The notes: generated from the letters alone by a model not told the origin. A stretch of 64,000 nt of DNA from Octopus sinensis (GCF_006345805.1 NC_043000.1:29450001-29514000); one strand, 5' to 3'; positions 1 to 14,073 are shown, numbered from the stretch's first letter. A program made the numbers and translations.

Positions 1-199
1 GTCCAACCACACACATACATAAATTGCCACAACCACACACACCCATACGCACATACGCGTGCTATCATTACACACACTCACACACACACAGACCTGTTGC
101 CATGCACATACCCATACATACCCACACATACCTCTTTCTCTTGCACTCTCCTGTCTTAGAAATAACTTTTTCTTCACCCATTCCCTTCCAGCCATTTCA

Positions 200-445
200 A
201 TAAGTGACCGCGTGTGTATCGTTGGCGATTTTCTTTCTTCGTCTTCCTGTCTTTGAACGTTTTCTATATTTCTGATGAAACGTGAAATTCTCTTTCTTTT
301 CTTTCTTTTCCCGAGCGTCCAATAACACAGTAGTTGTACCACGTCATCATGTTGTTGTTTTTGATTGCTTGTTATTGGACACTCAGGAAAAGAAAGAAAA
401 GAAAGAGGATTTCACGTTTCGAGCGGAGCTCCTCATCAGAAATAT
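200..445. mobile_element. Penelope-like pseudo-LTR fragment with tail-to-tail inverted copy carrying hammerhead motifs
   Basis: 265-326 (tatatttctgatg-aaacgtgaaattctctttc...gagcgtccaataaca) is the reverse complement of 370-445; the minus copy reads attt CTGATGA g GAGC tcc GCTC GAAACGT g aaat. Confidence 0.65.
407..445 (-). ncRNA. minimal type-I hammerhead ribozyme motif (cleavage triplet decayed to GTG)
   Basis: CUGAUGA core, 4-bp stem II GAGC/GCTC, GAAA, palindromic ACGT stem III, stem I attt/aaat. Confidence 0.65.
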
Positions 446-452
446 GAAGGTA

Positions 453-863
453 CTAGCAGCACAGCCCGGCGTTTCCCGGGTATGTTTAGAGCCCCTAGTA
501 GGCAACGACTAATCCCAATCTAGTTCTTTCCCTCTAGGGAACGAAGGCGCATGTGTAGGTTGCAATGTCTTCTCTTCACTCGAATACTTCTATGTATACG
601 ATGTTCCTAGCTGTCTCCCGACAGAAAAAGTGTTGCATATAAAAAGCTTAGATTCTCGTCCCCATGTCGAATTTATCGATTTTTTTCAGAACTGGGGGAA
701 CTTTTCAAAATTTTTGCTGCGTTAGTTTTGAATTATGACATTGGGCTATGTGTGTGTCAAGTTTCATCAGAATCGGTTGAAAGCCGTGGTCAGGGTGAGG
801 GTACAACCTGACAGCCACACAGACACACAGACACACAAACTGCCGTTTATATATATATAGAGA
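453..863 (-). mobile_element. non-autonomous Helitron (~411 bp)
   Basis: On the minus strand it starts A|TC(tctatatata) and ends CTAG|T, with subterminal GC hairpin cccgggaaacgccggg; internal (ACAG/ACAC) tract near the 5' end. Confidence 0.75.
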
Positions 864-867
864 TTAA

Positions 868-1480
868 GGAGTCTTCAAGGAAGTGTGTAAAAGCTGGACT
901 GACGAAAAGAAGGTACGTCTTCTTTTAAGAAAATTATCACTAGCAGAATAAGTTTTATAATTACACCTTGCCGAGAAAAACCATCCAAAATTTGTTTCGA
1001 GGAAACAATTAAGCTATTATCTAAAATATTCCGTGAAAGAAGTTCACTATTTAATATTCACTGGGAGAGTTTGAATTGGAAAACAAAAAATTCGTCACGG
1101 ATGCCGGAATCGTAAATGGAGAATGTGAAAAGTTTAAACTCGACGAATTAAGCCCGGACATGTTTAAATGTTTAATCTTCGTACAAGGATTAACAGCAAA
1201 TATACAGAGAAAAGGGCTCGAATATTGACAAAGCTTGAATAAGATTCAAAACTAACCCCCTAAAAATAGTGGTTGAAGAATGCCAAAGGATTATAAATCT
1301 ACGACAGGACGCAGAAAAATTTGAAAAAGATTATTCAAATATACATACGTATTGACCGGTAAGAGATGCAAAAAAAAGAAAACCAATAGTCAAGACCCAA
1401 ATCATGTTATAGATGTGGAGAATTACATTTCAAAAGAAACTGTCCTTTTAAGAAACTAAAATGTTTTGGATGAGGAGACG
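868..1480 (+). pseudogene. degraded Ty3/Gypsy gag fragment with zinc knuckle
   Basis: Translates with stops/frameshifts to ICFEETIKLLSKIFRERSSLFN...FKLDELSPDMFKCLIFVQGLTA...EECQRIINLRQD...SCYRCGELHFKRNCP (CX2CX3HX4C). Confidence 0.7.
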
Positions 1481-3157
1481 CAATCTGCACCTGTGTTGCA
1501 GGACTATTTTTTGTACAATATTTTACCTGTGAGGTACGAATGCAGGTGAGTCGAAACATTTGAAGTGGATTTGAATAAAGAATTTCATGAATTCTATTTT
1601 CTGTCTCTGATCTATTTATATAAACCCTACGGACACCAAGGAATTCATGAAGTAAATCACTACCACTGATTTTTAACATCAGATAGCCAATAACTGGGAG
1701 CGTACTTAACGCAACATACTACAAGGTTTATTATACCCGAATATAATTATGTATGCATGTATGTCTACCCTAACAGAGTTTACTACAATCATGCGGACGA
1801 GATGTCCTATTTATCTCTCTCTCTTTCTCCTAAAAGATTTGAAGCGTCCTGGGAAACGATAATGGATTCGGTATTTACAACTTCGCCTACATAAATCAAT
1901 TGTATACTATATTGATGAATAGACAATCATGTCCCATGGAAATTACCCAGGAATTAAATTTTGGATTCACCTCTTAGGAATAACATCTTTTGATTTCTTT
2001 TTCTTCCAGCAATCTTTTAACTGCAGAATGGCTACGATTGTGGCGTATAGAACAACAGCCCCAACAAAAAATCAACGAATCTATTCTGTTTTTTTTCCTC
2101 CTAAAATATGAGGAGACACTGTCATGTAGATGTGTTTACCAACTTAGCCAAACAACAATTCTTCAATATAAAGAGATGACAAATAAATCTAAATAAAATT
2201 GATAGGAGCCATACAATCTAATGATTGAATGGTAAGCAAAATATCATAACACTAATAAATTCCCTAGCATCACTCTGCTTTGTCCGTTTCGAATTTAATG
2301 TGTGCCATGCACGTCTAGATAAAATCCAAGCTGTACAGTGAAATGTTTTTAATGAAATGTTGCTTGTCCAGTCAATGTTATCTTTTTAATTTTGGCATCG
2401 TTCCAGACGTTGCAGAGCCATTTCGGAAATCAATAAAACTTCATCTTGCTTTCCTTAATACTCGACAGTTAAAGCCTATCTCAACATCTATCTAGACATC
2501 TGCCTGCCTGTCTGTCTGCTTAACTGTCTATCTGTCTATCTGTCTGTTTATCTATTCATCTCTCTCTCACTCCATTTATATACGTATACCCATGTGAATA
2601 ATACACACACACACACACATGTATGTATGTATAAATAATATATATATATACATAAGTTTCTACCATATATTCGTATATATATATATATGTATATCTATCT
2701 CTCTTTGTACATACATATACCCATGTGAATAATATATATATAATATATATATCATATATATATATATATATATATGTTCAAGTATATGTATGTATACTTA
2801 CATACATATATACACGTAAGCATGTATGCAAGAATTCAAACACGCAAAAATATATATACATACACACACATGTATACATTGATATTTATGTTCGTATATA
2901 TGTATATAAATGTGTGTGTGGATTTATGTGCCCGTGTATCTTGTTAACAGAACCGCATTATTTAAAGGATCAAAGGAATGAGAAAGAACTCTCTTAACAA
3001 TTCGCCAAGTTGTTTGTAAGTGTCAAGTCTTTCACGGCTTCTAGATAAGGTTGATGTTAATTAAATAATGAGTAAATATCGTCCTCGTTTGTTGTTTCTG
3101 ATCAATCGTTAGAGTTTGTAACTGGCGATTAGCATTGGATGCTAGCATTCGCTGGTT

Positions 3158-3335
3158 TCTTATTTCTTTATTGCCCACAAGGGGCTACACACAGAGGGGA
3201 CAAAGCAGGACAGACAAAGGGATTAAGTCGATTATATCGACCCCAATGCGTAACTGGTACTTATTTAATCGACTCCAAAAGGAAGAAAGGCAAAGTCGAC
3301 CTCGGCTGAATTTGAACTCAGAACGTAGCGGCAGA
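3158..3335 (-). mobile_element. SINE family B (tRNA-derived; central gactttgcctttcatcctttcggggtcgat domain), partial
   Basis: Matches copies at 18123, 25266, 45752 and 56374; 3' tail cccctctgtgtgtagccccttgtgggcaataaagaaat. Confidence 0.8.
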
Positions 3336-3394
3336 ACCCAAAAGTGTTCTATTCATATGCAAATAAGCATAGAACCACCGTCTCACCCATTGGT

Positions 3395-3630
3395 CTATTG
3401 ATCGATGATAACGGCATTCTCCAACACGATGATAAAGAAATGGTAGAAATACTGCAGAAACAATACTGCTTTGTCATAGTGATACCATTGATATTGACGT
3501 AAGGGAAGTGAACGAAGTCGATTTCCAACATAAAATCTCGGACATAACCTTTACTGCCTCAGATATCATAACAGCAATAAACGAGATCAAATACTATTCT
3601 GCTGTAGGCCCTGATAGATTCCCCGCTAGT
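3395..3630 (+). pseudogene. LINE (CR1/L2/Jockey-group) ORF2 fragment just upstream of the RT core
   Basis: LIDDNGILQHDDKEMVEILQKQYCFV...ISDITFTASDIITAINEIKYYSAVGPDRFPA (the SA.GPD motif at the RT N-terminus). Confidence 0.6.
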
Positions 3631-4357
3631 TTCTATTACCTTTAAACGGAATCTTGACAAATTTCTTTAAGCCACCTGTGCCTGGATACAACTCACTCAA
3701 CAAGAACTCCCTACTCGAAAGGACCATGATACCACAAAACTTGATTTAAAAAAGATTTAGATAATCCTATGAGGTGGTGCTATTAAGTTAGACATGGCCT
3801 GGACCAATCTTTGGTCGAAACATATCTAAGTTATCTAAGTTATGTATATATAAACAACATGCCCGGACTTGTGCCTCGGAGGGTAACTTTCTAGGTGCAA
3901 TCCCAGGGTCAGTCATGACTGAAGGGGCTCTCAGCATAGTATATAGTTATTTACGCGTTTAAAGTATAGTATAACCTGAAGATTTTAGCGATTCAGTTTA
4001 ACGTAATGCATAATCTTATGGACTTTTGCACGTCTATATTTGGCTATTTCTATGATATTACGTCACAATAAAATTTCTTAATGAAACATATGTAGATATA
4101 CTTTAAATTATAGTCGTCTATTTTACTATTATACTACGTCACGCTTAAAGTTCTGTTTAACTTGGATTTGCAGAATACCAAATGCCAGTGAACTTCCCTT
4201 CATTGACTCTTCCTCTATTTCCTGAATAGATTCTTTTATCTGTTGATTTGGGTCATATTGTCTAGCCATCATATATAGCATGCTTCACTTTTGATCTTCC
4301 TCCATCTATTCAAGTGGCCCTCATTAAATCGGTCTCTCTCTTTCTCTCTCAATATAT

Positions 4358-4475
4358 ACATGTATGTATGTATGTATGTATGTATGTATGTATGTATGTA
4401 TGTATGTATGTATGTATGTATGTATATGTATGTATGTATGCATGTATATATATGGGTGTGTGTGTATATGTATAT
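4358..4475. repeat. (TATG)n microsatellite
   Basis: Direct tandem repeat. Confidence 0.95.
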
Positions 4476-4780
4476 ATGGTTAATGTAAAATTGGGTGAAA
4501 ATTTCTATCGAAAATTACTCAGCTTTTTCCGTTGACTTCGTTTGTTATATATATGTCGTTTGTTATTTCGAAATTGCTTCGTTTATATTAAACTGTTCCG
4601 TAGTTTCCGTTGAACCGACTTCCATTTTGAAGGTGATTTATTACATCAAATTTCATTTCTAGTCTTTTTGACATTTGAAATTTTATTTATTACTCAGATA
4701 CGATAAGTTTTGATACGATATATAAAATAAATTGAATATGGTTTAGTGTGTGGCCTGACTCATTATGGAAGGAGACAGAT

Positions 4781-5039
4781 GAAAGTCAAATGAAAGAAAA
4801 AAACCTAACGGAAATGCTGTAGTGGTGTTTCAGTATAATTAAAGTAAAAAACAAACAAGCAAAAAAACAAGACAAAATCAAAACAAACAAAACAAAACAA
4901 TAGATCAAAACGAAAACACAGCTAAAGCGAAACTGTACAAAACAAGTGACGCTTAACGTAAGATACAGCTACGCTTATATATATATGTATGTGTGTATAT
5001 GTGTGTGTGTGTGTATGTGTATATACATATATATATATG

Positions 5040-5076
<37 letters not shown>

Positions 5077-5858
5077 GAGAAGAGCTGAAAAACGCAGATT
5101 TGTTTTACAGGATTAAGGATTATATTAGAGTTATAATAAAGGTATAATACAATTTCATACAAAATAAGATTTTCTTTCAACGAAATTAAAGTAAAAACCG
5201 GTTTCGTATTGTTCATCATGCTAAGGGTTGGAAACTAGACATATTGCGAGGGGGATGACATATTACAAGGGGAGATAATTGTTCATTCATTTATTTTACA
5301 GTACAGTGGAAGTAAATCTGTAATTAATTTTCTTCGGTCTGTATTTTATACTAGCTTACATCTTACAATATAAGGGATAAGTCTTTTATTTTTAATATGA
5401 ATTAATATTTAATTCTGGTTTATATTTTTGGATAAATGAGGCTTCTCTGTTCAGTCATACTTGTGTTGAGGTTCAGAAAGCAAGATGATAAAATGGGAAA
5501 ATTATGAATTGTGATTGCAATCGTTCTCTACATTCGTCAATGTGTTGACTGAGATATATTTGGCGATATTGAGGGGAGGATATTTGTTGTCTGTGGACGG
5601 TACATCTCTGTCGGGTCGACATTCTTGTCGAACTAATATAGTTTCGATCGCAACCTGAACATCTTATTACGTAAATAAGGTTTTGGGAGGCGCAAGTGAA
5701 GTTTTGTACAGTTTTGCTTTAACTGGGTTTTCGTTTTGCTCTATTGTTTTCTTCCTTGTTTGTATTTTGTTTGTTTTGCTTCTGGCTTTTTTTTTACACT
5801 TTAATTATACTGAAACACCACTACAGCATTTCCGTTATGTTTTTTCATTTGATTTTTC
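4781..5858 (-). mobile_element. Penelope-like element remnant: GIY-YIG C-terminus between ~160-bp inverted repeats
   Basis: Arms 4781-4942 and 5701-5858 share a perfect 40-bp core (taacggaaatgctgtagtggtgtttcagtataattaaagt); minus strand 5628-5392 gives TRMSTRQRCTVHRQQISSPQYRQIYLSQHIDEC...FIIFPFYH...LNREASFIQKYKPELN. Confidence 0.7.
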
Positions 5859-6277
5859 CCTTGTCTGATAAGAAATTCTGATCCTTCTAACACATTGGGA
5901 CATGTTCCACAATTATGGCGACCACACTTTTCGACACTTGCGTCCATTGTTTTAGAGAATAATTTAGCATTTGTGAGGATCTCCTTTAATCTCTTAGATT
6001 GCTTGCTACTCTTAATGATTTTATGGTTACGTAGAATTTCCTTAAGTTTGGTGTCGTTACTCTAGAGTTCGCAATGAGGTAAATTACAATGAAGGTATCA
6101 AGTGTTCGTAGGATGCTGTCGATATGTAAGAACCAAATCCAATTTAAACTGTTGACCCGATCCTGGCTTTGCTTCCAGGTGTGGCGTTGGTATAACAAGT
6201 GAACACAAATAGGCTTTAAGCCCCATTTGTGTTCTCTTTATATATGCATAGATACGCACCTGCGCGCGCACGCACAC

Positions 6278-6329
<52 letters not shown>

Positions 6330-7379
6330 GAAAGAAGGTTTGAAAATGCAATTCTAAAGATGTTTATTCACTTGACTGGTTTCACTTTTTTAGAAAAAGA
6401 GTGTCAAATGTAAAATGTAAAGCTTTGTAAAAGCCTTGTTGTGTTAAGTACTGGTTGTCACAAAATATTACAATACACATATACATTCTTTGATACTAAT
6501 AAGAAAGTATTAAACACAGTTTACAGGAAAAATCTTGAGAAAATATTAAAAAGTTGGTTAAAAATATTAGGATTTCATTAAAAATCATGTTTGTTTGGAA
6601 GTATCTATATATATATACGCAAAAAATTATAAGTTCAAAAAGGTCATATTTTGGTAGTATATAGATATATTTACAGGAGATATATTTACGAGTTTACAAA
6701 GAATTTGAGATGAACTGACCTGTTTCACCATTTTATCGTAAAAGGCTATTTACTATTTTAAGGGACAGTGTAGGAGCTTGGTTTGGGTGGGAGGAAGGAA
6801 GAGCAATATGGAATTGAAGGATTTTTTTGTTTCTCTTTTAAGGTTCAGTGGTTTTGGGGACTGGTCTTAGAGGTCAGAATGGTGTGACTGTGTGTGTGTG
6901 TGTATATACATATATTTGTGTTTGTGTGTGTGGCCGTTTTTGATTGGTCCCAGGGTTTATTGTGGTGTTTGTAAATGTGTCTGTATGTATTTAATATTTG
7001 GTAGGATGGTGTGTGTATATGTGTGCACGTTTGTGTATGTGTGTATGTGTGTGATACATACACACACGCGAATAAACACATACACAAACTTGCGCACACG
7101 CAACACCCTAACAAATATTAAGCAACATTATTTATGGGGTGACCCAATACACATATGCATATATATATATGTAAGGTGCCAAAAAGATATAAAGATGATA
7201 GCTACCTACAATAACTGTGTAGACGAAACCGAACTTCTTCAACAGCAGGCGCAGCGGTGCAGGATCTGAGATAAATAGGAGTTGGCTACGGGCCATCTGT
7301 AGAGTTCTACCTACACCTTCTTATCTATGATCTGCAGGGTTCTCACCTCTGATTCCATTGATTTAGGGCTAAGTCTATG

Positions 7380-7830
7380 CATGGTTATGTCGTAAGATGT
7401 TTACCACAGGTTCCTTCCCACAGCAAGGTAACCTGGGCAAGTGTCTCAACTATAACCTCAGTCCGACCAAACCTCTTGAGTGGATTTAGTAGAGAAAACT
7501 GAAAGAAGCCCGCCGTATGTATGTATGAATGTATGTATGTATATATATGTATACATGTATACATACACACATATACATACACACATACACGCACACACAT
7601 ATATATCGATTTGTGTCTTTGTCTCCCACTAGACTACTTGACAACCGGTGTCGGTGTGTTTACATCCTGGCAACCTAGGGCTTCGCTAAAAGAGACTGAT
7701 ATAACAAGTACCACGGTTAAAAAATATAAGTAGTGGGGTCGATTCGTTCGACTATAAATTCTTCTAGGTGTTGCCCCAGCATGGCCGCAGTCAAATGACT
7801 ACAACATGTAAAAGAATAAAAGAATAAAAG
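7380..7830 (+). mobile_element. SINE family A (tRNA head, CORE-like ccttgggcaagtgtc, internal microsatellite, 3' tail), degraded
   Basis: ctgggcaagtgtctcaactataacctc...ggatttagtagagaaaactgaaagaagccc, then tail ...ccccagcatggccgcagtcaaatgact. Confidence 0.75.
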
Positions 7831-8355
7831 CATATTTGTACACATACACACACATAGGCATTCATGAATGGTTTTATTCTTCCTTCGAATGGTTCGCCGT
7901 CTGTGGACGACGGTAAACCTCAAGTTAAAAAACAATTTTCTTTCTACGCAGTGTATGTATCGTGTTTAGGGTGCCTCATTCTTTTGATGCAAGAATTTAC
8001 AGAAAAATAAATTATATTTTGCTGATTATTTCATAAAGATTGTTATTGAATTTATCTTCACGAGGCAACTTGAATGGCGTGTATCTGTGTCTGGAAAGCT
8101 TGTGTGCATTTCTATCTGTAGGTGTTTCAATACGTTCGTATTGATAATATATGCGTATGAAAGAAATCTATACTCTATGTGTACGTATGTCTGCATATGA
8201 ACACACACACTCACACACATATTTACCTCATGTGGTGGGAGATGTGTATATGTGAATATATTCATAGATGCAATCATAACACATACACCATGTATATGTA
8301 ATATGAATTATATAATCTATATAATGTATAATATATATATATTTATACATAAACA

Positions 8356-8390
<35 letters not shown>

Positions 8391-8519
8391 TTCTACATTA
8401 ACATACAGATATATTTATACATAAACATACATATATACATACATACATATATATTTCTACATTAACATACAGATATATTTATACATAAACATGCATAAAC
8501 ACACGCACACACTCACATA

Positions 8520-9030
8520 ACTGGTTTCACACCGGCAGCTGAGGCCATGCTGAGGCACCACTGTTAGCCTTGCTACACTTTCAGTATTTGAAACCTCTTC
8601 TGCTATGTGGAATTTCCTGAATGAGGAAGTCGGATGTTGCTGCCCCCATCTGCCTTTCTTTCCGCGAGACAGGTTCATCTGGAACTCCTGACAGGATGGT
8701 ATCCAGTTTGTTTTCAAAACACCCTCATCCACATCCACCCGATGTAGGTCTCTTAGGCTTTTGAAGGAAGATATTAAAGAGCTGTGGGCCTTTGAAACTC
8801 AAGCGCTTGCAGTATCTGGTCCTGTATCCTGATGGTAATGTTGGGAATTTTGACATTAATCAGTGGCACCCCATTCTACTGCTTGTGTAATTTTCAATAT
8901 CAATGTTTTGTAGTTTTTTTCCAAGATTTTCCAGATATATAGCACTGCATAACTTTTCCACATTATTTCTAGGGAGATGAGTCTTAACTCTTTCAGTCTC
9001 TCCCTGTAGCTGAAACGATCTTCTTTGTGC
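8520..9030 (-). pseudogene. CR1/L2-group LINE 3' fragment
   Basis: FSYRERLKELRLISL...YAVLYIWKILE...GPQLFNIF...DLHRVDVDEGVLK, typical ORF2 C-terminus of these LINEs. Confidence 0.6.
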
Positions 9031-9433
9031 AACTTCACTGGACTGCTTCGTGTTCCGTCGTTAATTTTGCACTGTGTCGTGACCATAGTTCAAAGCAAAT
9101 GTCCTCCAGAGGACCAACATGGTTTCCTGTTCTCTGGTTCTGAAAGTTCTAAAGATCCATCCGGCCAGCCATCTACATTATTTTGTCAGCTTAGTAATAT
9201 GCACCAGGAAAGATATAACATTACTTATGTGAATACCCATATACATATTTATATGTGTACGCTCGTATATATAAAAATGAACGTTTACAGTCACTTGCAA
9301 CCTAATATGACCGTATGACCATATATGTTGCAACAAAGTTTTGCCAGTTGTGCTAGCACATATGAAGACACTCGGCATTCCTACATTTGGCTCACGAGAA
9401 TATCGATCACGTGACAAGCACAGACACACGAAC

Positions 9434-9469
<36 letters not shown>

Positions 9470-9473
<4 letters not shown>

Positions 9474-9627
9474 GACTGGCTCATTTCAGTTTCCGCCTAC
9501 CAAGTCTATTCACAAGGCTTTGGTCGACCCGAGATTTATAGTAGAAGATTCTTTGCCAAGGTGCCACGCAGTGGGACTGAACCCGGAACCATGTAGTTGG
9601 GAATCAAGCTTCTTACCACGCAGCCAT
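9470..9627 (-). mobile_element. SINE family A, head and body
   Basis: caaggtgccacgcagtgggactgaacccggaaccatg...cttaccacgcagcc. Confidence 0.85.
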
Positions 9628-10133
9628 ATATTTGCAAACAGATGAATATAGATACGTGCGTACATTGTTCCTCGTACACTTACAGGCGTGAATCTACAAA
9701 ACTATTTTAAGTGAGTCGCACTACGGAGGTTTGAGCGGTCTGTTATTTAACAAAAGAATGGTTTGCCTTCCAGCAATAAATGTTAATTACAATAATGAAT
9801 GCATAATAAGTGTATAATAGCGCAGATAGTTGCTAACATGAAATAATGGCTTGACTTTTAAAAGGAAAGACGGAGAAAAATAAAATAGATTAACAGAAGA
9901 GTAGCAACAATTTAATAAATATATTAATTTTATTAAATATATTCTAAGAACAGCGCGGTTTGTTGGGAAAAACAACCTCAAAGCAGAAACCTTAAAGGTG
10001 TCAATATGTATGTGTTTGTTTGTTTGTTTGTGTGTGTGTGTGTATGGATGTATATGTGTGTGTGAATATATACACACACATATACAGACATACTGGCATA
10101 CACGCCGTACATTTCCTTCTATCTCTCTCTCCT

Positions 10134-10178
<45 letters not shown>

Positions 10179-10358
10179 CTCTCTCTCTCTCTATCTATCT
10201 ATCTATATATAGCTATATATATACCTATCTATCTGTCTTCCTGTCTTCCTTTGTATCTATTGATGTCATATTATATATGAAAACAGACGAACATGAGCGC
10301 GTAAACACATACATACGTACGTACGCATTTATACATACATATATGTAATACACGCATG

Positions 10359-10445
<87 letters not shown>

Positions 10446-10465
10446 ATACATCTATATACATATAT

Positions 10466-10512
<47 letters not shown>

Positions 10513-10517
10513 ATATA

Positions 10518-10712
10518 TGGGGAGAATTCACAAAAAGAAAACAAAAGACGAAGACAGGTGGTGTAGACAACAAACACCTGTGTTAGTTTAACGCTCGCGA
10601 AGTGAAAAAGTCTTTAACGTTTCGAGCTTACGCTCTTCCGCAGAAAGGAACCCAGAAAGAAACAAGGAGTGAAAATAAAGAATGTCTAGTGGCTAGCGAT
10701 CTATCATGGCGA
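10518..10712 (-). mobile_element. Penelope pLTR-like repeat with decayed hammerhead (same family as 51880-52085)
   Basis: Minus: cttt CTGcgGA a GAGC gtaa GCTC GAAACGTT aaag; flanks resemble 51880-52085 and 200-370. Confidence 0.6.
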
Positions 10713-10806
10713 ATGATATATATATATATATATATATGTAGATATATGTATACACATATATATATATGTGTATATATGTATGTATTTAGATATATATACG
10801 CATACA

Positions 10807-10848
<42 letters not shown>

Positions 10849-10884
10849 CACATCAGTGCGTATCGGCGCACAATCAAGGTCAGA

Positions 10885-11880
10885 ACTCTGAGACAACTAC
10901 GAAGCAGGTGTTGGCAGTAAAGGGATTTCCTGACCAGCAGAAGCTGACTCTTCCATAAGAATTGCGAAAGCAAGCACTCGTAGCCGGTCAAAGTTTTCTT
11001 GAGAGATAGTACAATGGTCAGGCGGTAGTAAACTCCTGAGACAACGTAAGCTTTAGATGCTTCCGCCAGATATTTCAAAGAGACCTTCCTCTCAGTCCAT
11101 TTCTATGTGAGATTATCCACCCTGCTCATGACTTTTTCCCAGTTCCTATCCACATAGAGGTCGAGTTCCAACCAGATTCCGCGCACTTTCACAGGACCCT
11201 CAGTTAAGCGACAGAAATCTCTGTTGGTCAACATGTACGCACCATCCACGAGCCTGGTAGCAAACCCACCAATATGTCCCGCTTTCACTTTACGCTTGTA
11301 CACACTTGGTATCTTTCAGTATAGTATTGAATGCTGCTAAATCCGAAGTGTCCGACACAATGACAGTGACGTCGTCTGCGTATGTAGACACGGCTCACCT
11401 GCGGCCTCGTTCCAGCTGGTATCCAAACGCCCCAGCCTCGTTCCAGTTGGTATTCAAATGCTTCAACCTCGTTCCGGTTGGTATCCAAACGCTCCAGCCT
11501 CGTTCCAGCTGGTATCCAAACGCCCCAGCCTCGTTCCAGCTAGCATCCAAACGCCCCAGCCTCGTTCCAGCTGGTATCCAAATGCTGCAGCCTCGTTCCA
11601 GCTGGTATCCAAACGCCCCAGCCTCGTTCCAGCTGGTATCCAAACGCCCCAGCCTCATTCAAGCTGGTATCCAAACGCCCCAGCCTCGTTCCAGCTGGTA
11701 TCCCAAAACCCCAGCCTCGTTCCAGCTGGTATCCAAACGCCCCACCTCGTCCAGCCTTCGTCGATAAGGTTCCAATGCCAAAACACATAGAAGCTAGAGA
11801 GGAGGAATTCTGGCGGATCGTGCGATTTAAACTGAAAGACTCCGAGAGGTAGCCGTTTCCTTTGACCACCGACCAAATTA
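10885..11880 (-). pseudogene. Tx1/L1-clade LINE reverse transcriptase fragment, interrupted by a minisatellite
   Basis: SVVKGNGYLSESFSLNRTIRQ.../LLCVLALEP, [31-bp array], AVSTYADDVTVIVSD, GPVKVRGIW...NWEKVMSRV...KVSLK...FLWKSQ...YCQH. Confidence 0.8.
11405..11754. repeat. 31-bp minisatellite, about 11 copies
   Basis: Unit cctcgttccagctggtatccaaacgccccag starting at 11405, 11436, 11467 ... 11715. Confidence 0.95.
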
Positions 11881-12184
11881 TCATAATAATAAATATTCTG
11901 TTTAGTCTTATGCTGTTTAATCTAAACTTCTGCTTAGTGAAGTCTAAAAGCTAACGTCACTTCAGTGCAACAATTGTTGAATATATCCTCATTATGAAAT
12001 CATCTAATGTCTGGCTCTTTGTATGAAATTAGAAAACCCGCTGACATTTTCATTTACTCTATCACAATTTCGGTATTTACTTTTGTTTAGAATTATATAA
12101 CTAGTAAGTGGCTTAAGGCTACTTTCCTCTATCTCTCCCCTCTTTCTCTCTATCCGGTGGTATGTTAGTTTTATATTAGTCATC

Positions 12185-12752
<568 letters not shown>

Positions 12753-13495
12753 ATTGCTTCATTAAAAATGAAAGAATAGCAAAGAATGCTGATGTGTATA
12801 TATATGATAGCATTATAATCTCAGCATTAGTTATGTTAAAGCAATGGGCATATATATACAATTTTACTCCACTGATCTTGTTTCTTCATAACTTCCAGAT
12901 AAATGGAAATTTTTTTAGTGAAGTTTTATACAAATATGTTTTAGATAGTCTAGGGTCCTCTGAAGTTCTTGAGAAAATAGAAACAATTTCGGGGAGAAGT
13001 GTTTCTGAAAACTCACATGAGTCTGCTTTGTTACCTTATAACTTTCTGAAAAATTGGTATTTTTCAATGAAAATTCCAAGAAATACATTTCAGGGAGTCT
13101 GGATTACGATTATATCGGAATTTAGTACGAAAAAAAGAGATGGTGAACATGCACACATACATATTGACACACATTGCATTTTTCTTTATCGAAAAAAATT
13201 CATTTCAAAACAGAATTTGATATAATTGGAGTCAACAACATCTGAAGCAAATCTTTAAAAAAGATATCCATTTTTCAGAGAGCTATGAGGAAACAAACAA
13301 AGTCGGTGGAACACTTATGTGAAGGTGAGGTGCAGGTAAATCCGATTAGTAGCTGTTTAAAGCCTGGTACTTATTCTATTGGTTTCTGTTGCCGAACTGC
13401 AAGTTACAAGGACCTAAAAACACCAACACCGGTTGCCAGTCGGTGGACACACACACACACGTATATATATATATCCGCGTGTGTGTGTTTGTGTT

Positions 13496-13534
<39 letters not shown>

Positions 13535-13770
13535 TATACATATTGTACACACACACATATATATATATATACATATATTTATACATACATACATATATAT
13601 GATTTTATATTTATATGTGTGTGTGCATGTGTATATGTGCATAAGGAATAAGGATATCTGTATGTATACACTCATACAAAAGCACATGTAATATATATAT
13701 ATATACCCACACATAGGTACATATGTCTAAAGATATTATGAATGTGTCTATCTATCTATCTATCTATCTA

Positions 13771-13826
<56 letters not shown>

Positions 13827-13846
13827 ATATAATATATATATATATC

Positions 13847-13884
<38 letters not shown>

Positions 13885-14073
13885 ATCTACTACTTACCTA
13901 CCTATCTACCTACCTACCTACCTATCTATCTATACGTATATATATATTAAAAAGCCGACACTGACAGATTCATTGTGTTTACACAGTTGTGGTGTTTGAA
14001 TGAATGTCTGATTGAAAAGGAAAGTATCGTATTTTTTTCATAAAACTGAAAAAAAACACAATATATATATATA

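Noticed and set aside
5950-6200. Possible LINE endonuclease remnant on the minus strand (HTWKQ...LDLVLT)
   Set aside because: Too decayed to assign by eye.
11405-11754. CRISPR-like regular ~31-bp repeats
   Set aside because: Head-to-tail units with no unique spacers, no cas genes, eukaryotic context.
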